From contig SLQV01000077.1 in assembly GCA_007131285.1 (NCBI GenBank), positions 1-57,603 of the forward strand: a DNA stretch of 57,603 nucleotides, read 5' to 3'. Within the stretch, counting starts at the first letter, position 1; every line of letters starts with the position of its first letter. The stretch is from Myxococcales bacterium (GTDB lineage Bacteria; Myxococcota_A; Polyangia; Polyangiales; SLQV01). The translations under genes and the position numbers were made by a program. Of the stretch, positions 49,631 through 57,603 are shown in pieces. The notes under the pieces are model-generated. The model was not told the origin of the DNA. It saw only the letters and a program-made list of their open reading frames with translations, and did not search any database.

Positions 49631-51313
49631 TTAGAGCGACTGACTCCGGTGCATGTCGAGCCACGCGTGGGCAGCCGCCTCGAAAGCGCTACCTCGTGCT
49701 TCAAAAGTGTTGAACGCGTCGAAACTAGCGCAGGCAGGTGCCAGCAGCACAGTCGCAGACGAAATCGTCGCAAGCGAAGCATCCTCTGCCGCAGCCTCGG
49801 CGGCCTCAACCGTGGCTGTTGCCAGGTCGGAGGCGCGCAGAAACGGCAGCGCATTCGCCTCAAGTGCGGCGGCTAGGCGCGGTGCCGCGTTTCCCACGAG
49901 GACAGTGCGTTGGGCATGTGCCCTAAGCGCGGCGATGAGCGGAGCGTAACTGCCGCCCTTCTCGCTGCCGCCTACGAGCACCGTGAGCGCGCCCCTACCG
50001 GCCACCGCTTGGATGGCCGCCACCGCAGCGCCTACGTTTGTGGCCTTTGAATCGTTGATGAAACGCACGCTCGCAGCCTCACCCACGGTTGCTAAGCGAT
50101 GTGGCAGCGGCCGAAAGGCAGCAATGCCTGCACGAATCGCCTCAACGCTGAGACCGAAGTGCCGCGCGACCCGAACGGCGCACGCCGCGTTGATGCGGTC
50201 ATGGCCTACAAAGAAGCATCCGTGACCCGTTTCAAGCGCATCGAGGTCACGGCCCGAGGCCGTATGCAAGGGACGCCCAGACGCACGCGCCAACGCAACC
50301 GCCGCGGGATCAGCCCCGCTCACAACGGCTTCTACCCCGCTCGGCAGCGCGAGCAGTGCCTGAAGCTTGGCTCGACCGTAGCCGGAAAGCGTGTGATGGC
50401 GCGCGAGGTGGTCCTCACTGAAGCTTGTCAGCACCGCAGCGTCAGCGCGCACGGCCGGTGCGTATTCGAGTTGGTAGGACGATGCTTCTATCACCGCGAC
50501 GGCGGCCGGGTCTTCCCGGTGCGCAAAGGACCACAGGGCCATCGTAGGTATGCCCAAATTGCCGCCGACAAAGGCTGGTGTGGCGCCAGCCTTAACTATC
50601 GCGCCGAGCAATGCGGTGACCGTACTCTTTCCGTTGGTGCCAGTGACAAGCGCCACACGACCGAAAAAGGCGGCAAGTCCTAGCTCTAGGTCCGTGCTTA
50701 AGCGTGCCCCGCTCGCCATCACAGCCCGCATGCAGTGCGTCAGACTGACGCCCGGTGAAACCACCAGCAGCGTTTTCGCATTAAGGGCATCGAGCAGCTC
50801 ACGTTCGGAGGCCAATGACCGCACAGCTAGCTGTGAACCGGATTCCGAACGCGTGTCGCTAGGCACGAAGGACGCCAGCACCTCCGCTCGGCTATCGAAT
50901 GCCGCAAGCTCGATTAACCCCGCGTTTATCCGGGCACGCACGCGCTCAAAAAGGCTTACCTTGCCGTCGCTTGGGCCGGGCGCCACGACTGCGGTCGGCA
51001 CATGCAAGCGTACCGAAGACCCGCCCGGCCGACTCTTTGGCACGCGCACTCCAAGGGCGTTGTCACGGTTTACGGCGGCGTGCTCGGGCAGCGCGACCTC
51101 GGGCCGCATGGGTAAAGCAGCGGGAAATCCGCCGAGGGCACCGAGCACCGCCCGTCCACTCAGGCCAATGCCCCAGACCACCACGCGCTCCGCCTGGGCG
51201 AGAAACGCCAGCACGTCGGACTCGTGCACGTCACCGGCGTGCCTGGAGCGCGGCAGTGCGGGCGAATGTACGGGCGGCAAGGAGCGAGGTTTCATCATGG
51301 GCACGCATGTCAA
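49631..51313 (-). CDS. murD: UDP-MurNAc-L-Ala--D-glutamate ligase
   Basis: G.GLSG, VSPG, TGTNGKST, GGNLG, EASSYQL, DHL.RH, PHRL, NDSKATN, PACASFD; long insertion. Confidence 0.93.
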   Translation of the reverse strand: MTCVPMMKPRSLPPVHSPALPRSRHAGDVHESDVLAFLAQAERVVVWGIGLSGRAVLGALGGFPAALPMRPEVALPEHAAVNRDNALGVRVPKSRPGGSSVRLHVPTAVVAPGPSDGKVSLFERVRARINAGLIELAAFDSRAEVLASFVPSDTRSESGSQLAVRSLASERELLDALNAKTLLVVSPGVSLTHCMRAVMASGARLSTDLELGLAAFFGRVALVTGTNGKSTVTALLGAIVKAGATPAFVGGNLGIPTMALWSFAHREDPAAVAVIEASSYQLEYAPAVRADAAVLTSFSEDHLARHHTLSGYGRAKLQALLALPSGVEAVVSGADPAAVALARASGRPLHTASGRDLDALETGHGCFFVGHDRINAACAVRVARHFGLSVEAIRAGIAAFRPLPHRLATVGEAASVRFINDSKATNVGAAVAAIQAVAGRGALTVLVGGSEKGGSYAPLIAALRAHAQRTVLVGNAAPRLAAALEANALPFLRASDLATATVEAAEAAAEDASLATISSATVLLAPACASFDAFNTFEARGSAFEAAAHAWLDMHRSQSL

Positions 51314-52437
51314 CGAATCTTCAACGTCGCGAGCGCGCCAATGCCTAGCATGATGCTCACGATCCAGAAACGGACGATGACTTTAGGCTCAGCCCATCCC
51401 TTCTTTTCAAAGTGATGATGAATAGGTGCCATCAGCAGAATGCGCTTCCCGAACACGCGGTAGGAAAATACCTGCCCGATAACCGAAACGCTTTCGATGA
51501 CAAAGATGCCGCCCAAGAAGATAGAAAGAACCTCGTTTTTGGTTGTGAGCGCCAAGGCACCGAGCCCGCCGCCGAGTGCGAGCGAACCCACGTCACCCAT
51601 GAAAATTTGAGCCGGATAAGTATTGTACCAAAGAAAACCGAAACCCGCGCCGACCAGCGCCGCAGCAAAAATGGTCAGCTCGCTGGCGCTATCGATTGAA
51701 GGAATGTCCAGGTAGCGCGCCACATCGTTGCCGAAGATGGTGACACCAGCGAGGTAGGCTAGAACAAGGTACACCGCCGCGTTGATCATGACAGGGCCAA
51801 TGGCGAGTCCGTCGAGACCATCGGTTAAATTAACTGCGTTGGAAGTCGCCACAAGCACTAGCGCGGCGAAGGCGACGTAGAGCGGCGGCGCAAGCGAGAT
51901 GGGGTAGCGCTCGAAAGCCACAAATGGCAGCGCGAGCCGATGGCGCACGAGCAACCAATCCGCTGGCAGCCAGTCCGTATTCATGTAGGCGAAGGCGCCA
52001 ATGCCGATGCCGAGCAAGCACTGCGCCGCCAGCTTTTGGAAAAAGCTGAGTCCGCCAGACGATTTGCGGCTCAGCTTGAGCGCGTCGTCCACAAAACCGA
52101 TCGCACCAAATCCTAACGTGGCAGCCAACACGATCCAGACCAGCGCGTTCTCCGGGCGCGCCCAGAGCGCGGTGGTGAGCACGACCACGAAGAGCAGCAG
52201 CGCCCCCCCCATAGTGGGCGTCCCGCTTTTACTAAAGTGACTCTCCGGACCATCGCTGCGCACAACCTGACCGATTTGACGCGCCTGCAGTCGCCGAATG
52301 AACGCCGGGTAAAAAAGAAAGGTGAGCAGTAGCGCCGAGAGCGCCGCCGCCAGCGCCCGAAATGAGACGTAGCGAATGACGTTGAGGAAGGAAAACGGGC
52401 CTTGCCCTGCAAGCGGAAATAGGAATGCGTAGATCAC
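51310..52437 (-). CDS. mraY: phospho-MurNAc-pentapeptide transferase
   Basis: K.GTPTMGG, GFVDD, NAVNLTDGLDGLA, FMGDVGS, MAPIHHHFE. Confidence 0.97.
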   Translation of the reverse strand: MIYAFLFPLAGQGPFSFLNVIRYVSFRALAAALSALLLTFLFYPAFIRRLQARQIGQVVRSDGPESHFSKSGTPTMGGALLLFVVVLTTALWARPENALVWIVLAATLGFGAIGFVDDALKLSRKSSGGLSFFQKLAAQCLLGIGIGAFAYMNTDWLPADWLLVRHRLALPFVAFERYPISLAPPLYVAFAALVLVATSNAVNLTDGLDGLAIGPVMINAAVYLVLAYLAGVTIFGNDVARYLDIPSIDSASELTIFAAALVGAGFGFLWYNTYPAQIFMGDVGSLALGGGLGALALTTKNEVLSIFLGGIFVIESVSVIGQVFSYRVFGKRILLMAPIHHHFEKKGWAEPKVIVRFWIVSIMLGIGALATLKIR

Positions 52438-52557
52438 TCGTTCATCGTCCCCATGAATCCCAGAGCCTGGCTGCCTACCGCGACTACCGCCACCCCGATG
52501 CCGCGGGTCGCAGGGATCCGCGGCTCGCGGGCAGACTAAAAAGGCAATGCCGAAGCA

Positions 52558-54105
52558 TCATCCGGCAGGCTGACGCATTACGTCAACTAAGGCCTCAAGA
52601 CCGTACGCACGGGCGCCTTGCACCAAAACGACCTCGGAACGTGCTGGGTCCGCGGCGCGTCGCTCAAGAAGTGCATGCGTCATGGAATTAAGGCTAGTAA
52701 AAATACGGTCTGCGGGCCGGGCAACCGCCGCAAAAGGCTCGCCAAGCAGCCAAGTTTCGCCGATTCTATGTGCGTCAAGGGTCGCGACGACACGCTGATG
52801 CAGCGTTTCGCTAGCCTCTCCGAGTTCCCCCATCGCCCCGAGCAACGCCAAGGTGGGCGCGCTCCGCGCTTCGCCAAGCTGAGCGAGTGCCTTAATGTTC
52901 GCACCGACTGCCAGCGGGCTTGCATTGTAGGTCGCATCAAGAATGAGCGAATGCCCACAAGTGATTAGCTCCATTCGCCCAGCACCCGGGGTGAAGTTCC
53001 GGCCCATACGCTCGAGCGCGAGCGGAAGGTCGAGGCCAAGGTAGGCACAAGCCAGTGCAGCGGCGGCAGTCGGCATGGCTACCGCCGCGTTGGGGTGACC
53101 CAGCTTGACCGCAAGACAACGGCCCCTAGCTGCGGTCTGCTGGTCGTGGAGTTCAATGAGGAGGGAGCCGTCCGGCCGAAGGACCGTGCTGGCCACGCGC
53201 ATATCGCTGTGGCTGTCTGAGCCAAAGCTTGCGCTGGGCACCCGCAAAGAGCTGAGCCTGGGCCAAAGCCGCGCATCGTCCCTTGGCCCCAACGCAATCC
53301 CATCTGGTCCGAGCGAGTTCCACAAGCTGGCCTTTTCAAGCGTGAGCGCCAAATCCGAGGCGAACGCGCCACGATGTGCACCGAAAGCATTAAGCACGAT
53401 GGCGATATCCGGCCGCGCCAGACGCCCGAGGCTTTCGATCTCGCCGGGACGATTCATGCCGATCTCAACCACCGCATAGCTGTGCTGGGGGTTGAGTCCG
53501 AGTAGGGTTAGAGGCACACCGAGGTGATTGTTGTAGTTGCCCTGGGCACCCCAGACTTGGGGGACCGAGCCGCTCTGCCCCTGCGCCTGCTCTCCGAGCA
53601 CTGCAAGCGCAGGCTTAGGCGAAACACCGCCGCCCGCCGTCGCGTCCTCGTTCTCTGCAGACAAAGCAGCCACCATGAGGCGCGCCAAGGTCGTCTTGCC
53701 TGTCGAGGCGGTCAGCGCGATGAGCTTGCCCGGCCAACGCAAGCGATGCGCGGCGGCAAGTTGCCCCAGCGCTTGCACCACATCTTCAACGGCCAGCAAA
53801 GGCAGCCCGCCCGCACGGCCCTCCACCTCGGCGCTAGGCAGCGCCGCAACGGCAGCGGCGTCGACCATGATCGCGATGGCACCCCGCGAGCGAGCCTGCG
53901 CTGCGAAGGCCAGGCCATGGGCTCTTGTGCCGGGCAGCGCGACAAATAGCTGACCCGGCGCCACCGCGCGGGAGTCGATGTTGATGCCCGCAACGCGCTC
54001 TGGACCTGGGGGTGCGAGCCACTGGCCGCCGGTCAGCAACGCGAGTTCTTGGTTGCTGAATGAGGCCGTATTTGGCAGCAACTCCGCGACTGACCCGTGA
54101 GTCAT
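52558..54105 (-). CDS. murF: UDP-MurNAc-tripeptide--D-Ala-D-Ala ligase
   Basis: IDSR, TASTGKTT, NYNNHLGVPLTL, EIGMNRPGEI, EKA, D.TYNASP, LG.MGELG. Confidence 0.93.
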   Translation of the reverse strand: MTHGSVAELLPNTASFSNQELALLTGGQWLAPPGPERVAGINIDSRAVAPGQLFVALPGTRAHGLAFAAQARSRGAIAIMVDAAAVAALPSAEVEGRAGGLPLLAVEDVVQALGQLAAAHRLRWPGKLIALTASTGKTTLARLMVAALSAENEDATAGGGVSPKPALAVLGEQAQGQSGSVPQVWGAQGNYNNHLGVPLTLLGLNPQHSYAVVEIGMNRPGEIESLGRLARPDIAIVLNAFGAHRGAFASDLALTLEKASLWNSLGPDGIALGPRDDARLWPRLSSLRVPSASFGSDSHSDMRVASTVLRPDGSLLIELHDQQTAARGRCLAVKLGHPNAAVAMPTAAAALACAYLGLDLPLALERMGRNFTPGAGRMELITCGHSLILDATYNASPLAVGANIKALAQLGEARSAPTLALLGAMGELGEASETLHQRVVATLDAHRIGETWLLGEPFAAVARPADRIFTSLNSMTHALLERRAADPARSEVVLVQGARAYGLEALVDVMRQPAG

Positions 54106-54552
54106 CCGGCAAAGCGTAGATGCCGAGGGCCCCGCGCGCTAGCAAGCACTCACGATCCACTCCGCGCTACGTCACTCGCGGCCGCCCTGAGTCCTGCGAT
54201 CCCACACACCCTGGGAGAAGGGCACTCAATACCCCGTTGGAACCGTGAAGCGTCGTGATAGCCCGTTGGCCGTCCGAAGCCCCGGCGAGGGAATGGCGTG
54301 AATTGCCGCGGCGTCCATGGACCGGAGGATGTCGCAGCGATGCCCGCCCCGCGAGCTCCCCGGGAGGCGTGCGAGGCGTGCGGTGACGGGCATCGGGAGA
54401 TACGCATGCGCCGGCGGCATGTCGGCGCGCAACCTCGTCGTCTCGAGCGCTATCGAACCGAACAAGAGCGGGGCATCGTACATCGAAAGCGGGCACGCAA
54501 GACGGAAGGCCCCGCCTAACAACGCCGATGAGCGGCATTACACACCACGCAC

Positions 54553-55722
54553 TTAATAGCGGATTGTAGCGGCCAGGCCTGTCTTTGTGGGCATGGCCTC
54601 GGGAGGAACAACGAGAACGCGACCTCCCTTCGCGGAAACGATCTCGCCGAGGTCATCAAGCAGATCATCCACATCCGGGGCGTCTAGTTGGGCCAACGCT
54701 ATCGCTCCGGTAGCGAGGTCTAGCCGACCGGGATAGGCACGTCCGGATTCGAGCAGCAACGTATCGATACGCCCTTCAACTCCAGCACGCGCAGCCTCTG
54801 CGAGGTCTGAGATGCCTCGACCCTGCGACTGCGCATGGCCGAAACGCTCCGCATGCTCTGCTAGACTTGCCGCGTAGGCGGGTGCGAACGTCTCCCAGGC
54901 GCGCACTTCCAGATCTTTGTGCGAAAGCGCCTCGGGGTCGATACTAAGGCCAGGAGCGACCAGAAGACTATTCTGGCTCAGGCCACGAAAGTGACCCTGA
55001 TACTCACCGAGACAGCAGAGCAGTAGAGGAAGCCCCGACGGCTTGCTAACGTGCTCAATGACGGCGCGGTCGACAGCGCGGAAAAACCGCTCGCGGTCGT
55101 TGTCTACTTCGTCCGCCTTGCCACCATGGCCATGGCGCATGGACGAACCCAGGCCCACGCCACCGTGGGAGGTCACGGTTTGGTGCTTCTCCGTCAGCTC
55201 ATGACCGAGAGCTGCCGGGAGGTCTGTCGGGACGCTGCCTTCGAGGTCGAGCTCGTCGAGGTGGTGACGGTTGCCTTCGAAGACGCGCACCTTTCCCAAG
55301 GACAACGCCAAGACCTGATAGCGCCCCGTCGACTGAAAATAGCGCCGAAGCGGCTTGACGTGAAACGTATCGGCGACCACCGACAGGTCGGGCAGGCCGG
55401 TTGGCAGACGGAGCGCTTTGAACACGCCGGGCGCGCTAAATACAGCGAGACCATCAAGAGTGTGGTTCCAAAAGTCAGCGTCATCCGCTAGTTTCTGCAT
55501 GGGCGCCAGCAACGTCTGGGCGTTTTCCGCCGAGACGCTTTGCGCCAGCGACGCCTGCAACGAGCCTAGCAGGTTACGAAAACGAATGGGATCCTGCTGG
55601 TTATCTGGGTGATGACGATGAGTCGCCTGGTAAAGAGACACGCAAGGGCCCGTTTGACCCGTGAGTTCCCCACGGATGATATCTTCTGTGACCAGCCTAA
55701 AGCTTCGAACCTGTTCGACCAT
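54553..55722 (-). CDS. bacterial archaeo-eukaryotic release factor family protein (baeRF3-like)
   Basis: PCVSLY..THR..PDN.QD.IRF.NL, FW.....GLAVF, FHVKPL, HGHG, RFFR.VD, GRI.TL, DDLLDDL.E.V...GG.V, AA..RY. ATG 55722 chosen as start. Confidence 0.85.
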   Translation of the reverse strand: MVEQVRSFRLVTEDIIRGELTGQTGPCVSLYQATHRHHPDNQQDPIRFRNLLGSLQASLAQSVSAENAQTLLAPMQKLADDADFWNHTLDGLAVFSAPGVFKALRLPTGLPDLSVVADTFHVKPLRRYFQSTGRYQVLALSLGKVRVFEGNRHHLDELDLEGSVPTDLPAALGHELTEKHQTVTSHGGVGLGSSMRHGHGGKADEVDNDRERFFRAVDRAVIEHVSKPSGLPLLLCCLGEYQGHFRGLSQNSLLVAPGLSIDPEALSHKDLEVRAWETFAPAYAASLAEHAERFGHAQSQGRGISDLAEAARAGVEGRIDTLLLESGRAYPGRLDLATGAIALAQLDAPDVDDLLDDLGEIVSAKGGRVLVVPPEAMPTKTGLAATIRY

Positions 55723-56056
55723 ACCTTCGGTGTGAGCGCTAAGCCGCCGTTCCGCAAGTCCTGACTCGTCTGGACTTGCGACTGCATGGACTTGCTTTGC
55801 GCATTTTCGAGCCTTGCGAGCGTATGACCCGCCAAGTCTCGCCGGTCGTCTTTGTGCAAGCGACCGGATGCAAGCGACCGGGGCCGACCTCAAGCCAAAG
55901 CCCGAGTCTCTACAGCTCATGGTCGCCCGCTGGCCGTACCGAGCATGCTGTGGACCTGCTCACTTACGTGAAGTGATGCCGTTCCGGCAAGTACGCAACC
56001 CAGTGCAATTAGCTAGTCAAAACAAACTGCTCTGGCTTAGTTTCGTAGCTTGGTGG

Positions 56057-57603
56057 ATGGGGGTGTCTGCACGGCGAAGCCTGGAGCGTGAATATCAAAG
56101 CGAGCGGGCCGCAGCGGGAGAAGTTCGCGCGCGTCGCCCGCGCCAGCGAGACACAGCGCACCTCCGTTTCGTTGGCGCCGTGCTGGCGTGCGCTCTGGGG
56201 ACGGGCGTAGCGTCTTCCGCGCAAGCGCAGTACGCCGCCACCGTCGAGGCTACGCCGCCAGCGGAAGTAGAAAGCGCAGGGTCTCGCGTCACCCGCCGCG
56301 ATCTTGACGAACGGCTCCCTAAATCGGCACCGGAAGCGTTGCGCTTCGAGCCCGGCGTCGCGGTGCAGCAGACCGCCCACGGACAGGCATCGCCCTACGT
56401 GCGCGGCATGACCGGGCAGCAACTCATGCACCTCTTCGACGGGATTCGCCTCAACAACGGCATCTACCGTCGCGGCCCCAACCAGTACTTCTTCACGGTG
56501 GACAGCTATTCGCTGCAAAGCCTCGAAGTGCAGCGGGGGGCTGCCTCCACGCGCTGGGGCTCGGATGCTCTCGGCGGCGCCATTCTGGCCACGCCGCGAC
56601 AGCCAGACTTCGCGCTGCAGCGCAGGGATGGCGCCCCCCCACTCGTGCCGCGCCTCTATCTACGCACCGGCAGCGCCGACAACGAGTACGGCGGGCGTAT
56701 GGAAGTCGAGGCGGCCCCCACCAAGAACTTGGCGCTGCTCGGTGGCGGCGGCTACCGCGAGCTTGGCCTGCTGCGGGGTGGCGGCCTCGTCAGCAACGCG
56801 GGCAGGCCTACGCCGGACGTGCCTCGCTTGGCGGAGGACGGCAAGACCCAGCTCGGTACGGGCTTTCGGGAAGCCACCTACGACTTGCGCCTCGAAGGCC
56901 GCGTCAATGCGCGCCTGAGCTGGGCACTCGCCACCTACGGCTACATGCAGTTCGACTCACCGCGCACCGACCAATGCCCACCGACCGAGGCACCCGAGAG
57001 CGAGTGCCTCTCGACGGACCTGCTCTACCGCGCCCTCACCTACGGCGCGCTCACCGGGCGCAACCTAAACGCGGCGGTCGCACGCCTCGATGTGCGGCTC
57101 TCCTGGCAGCGCCACGAAGAAACGCAGACGCGAGACCGGCCGCGCTCCTTCGTACGCCTCGACTGGCAGGACGAAGTCGACACCTTTGGCATCAGCGCTG
57201 TCGCGGAAACGGCAAAGTTACCCGCCGCCCATGGCGCGCTGTGGGTGGAGTACGGCGCGGACCTCTACGTTGACCAGGTGCGCTCGAGCTCGGGTCGGAG
57301 GTTTACGGACATCGAGAATCGGCGCACCTTCTCCCGGGACCAGTATATCGATGGATCGAGCTACCTTAGCTCTGGGCTGTTTGCGAATGTGAACTACCGG
57401 CCGCGCCCCGACCTCACCTTCAGCGCGGGCGGTCGGGGCGCGCTGGTGCATGCGGCCGCCCCCGGCGACCCGGCCTCGGGTAGCGTGAGCGTTGCAGAGG
57501 TGTTCGGCGCAGCGGTTGGGCGGGCGGGCGTGACCTATCGCGCGCTCGCACCCTGGCAGCTCCACCTCAACGTCGACCAGGGCTTTCGCGCGCCTAACCT
57601 CGA
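56057..57603 (+). CDS. TonB-dependent receptor (3' truncated by the window edge)
   Basis: Hand-translated frame: signal LRFVGAVLACALGTGVASSAQA; plug PEALRFEPGVAVQQT..GQASPYVRG..G......DGIRLNN, EVQRG..S..WGSDALGGAI; ends QGFRAPNL. Start uncertain. Confidence 0.9.
   Translation, partial: MGVSARRSLEREYQSERAAAGEVRARRPRQRDTAHLRFVGAVLACALGTGVASSAQAQYAATVEATPPAEVESAGSRVTRRDLDERLPKSAPEALRFEPGVAVQQTAHGQASPYVRGMTGQQLMHLFDGIRLNNGIYRRGPNQYFFTVDSYSLQSLEVQRGAASTRWGSDALGGAILATPRQPDFALQRRDGAPPLVPRLYLRTGSADNEYGGRMEVEAAPTKNLALLGGGGYRELGLLRGGGLVSNAGRPTPDVPRLAEDGKTQLGTGFREATYDLRLEGRVNARLSWALATYGYMQFDSPRTDQCPPTEAPESECLSTDLLYRALTYGALTGRNLNAAVARLDVRLSWQRHEETQTRDRPRSFVRLDWQDEVDTFGISAVAETAKLPAAHGALWVEYGADLYVDQVRSSSGRRFTDIENRRTFSRDQYIDGSSYLSSGLFANVNYRPRPDLTFSAGGRGALVHAAAPGDPASGSVSVAEVFGAAVGRAGVTYRALAPWQLHLNVDQGFRAPNL

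Noticed and set aside
54150-54556. Several short ORFs between murF and the baeRF-like gene
   Set aside because: No motif, RBS or preferred frame; more likely promoter or intergenic DNA

Overview
High-GC bacterial DNA with strong Myxococcota (probably Polyangiales-like) hallmarks: TSP3-repeat OmpA proteins, a myxobacterial Cys-rich repeat lipoprotein, an MXAN_5187-like protein and a long HflX. Housekeeping genes include purM, aroC, a chlorite dismutase/HemQ-family gene, glpG, hflX, pheA, thiL and a nearly complete dcw cluster. The dcw cluster is split at murE|murF and its two halves are in swapped order. The most notable elements are: (1) a divergent lipid-biosynthesis locus (serine-palmitoyltransferase-like alpha-oxoamine synthase, active plus catalytically dead ketosynthase, fatty acyl-AMP ligase, two ACPs); (2) an AT-richer island between the dcw halves with three diverged paralogous putative lipoprotein genes (conserved N-terminus and upstream element, variable body, one with an in-frame stop) around a Y1/HUH (RAYT-like) transposase; (3) a PheA carrying an apparently dead DAHP-synthase domain; (4) a coupled TraB-like OmpA plus Cys-rich lipoprotein pair. 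A TonB-dependent receptor missing from the ORF track runs off the right end. I saw no rRNA, tRNA or CRISPR array. All calls come from motif recognition by eye; no database searches were run.
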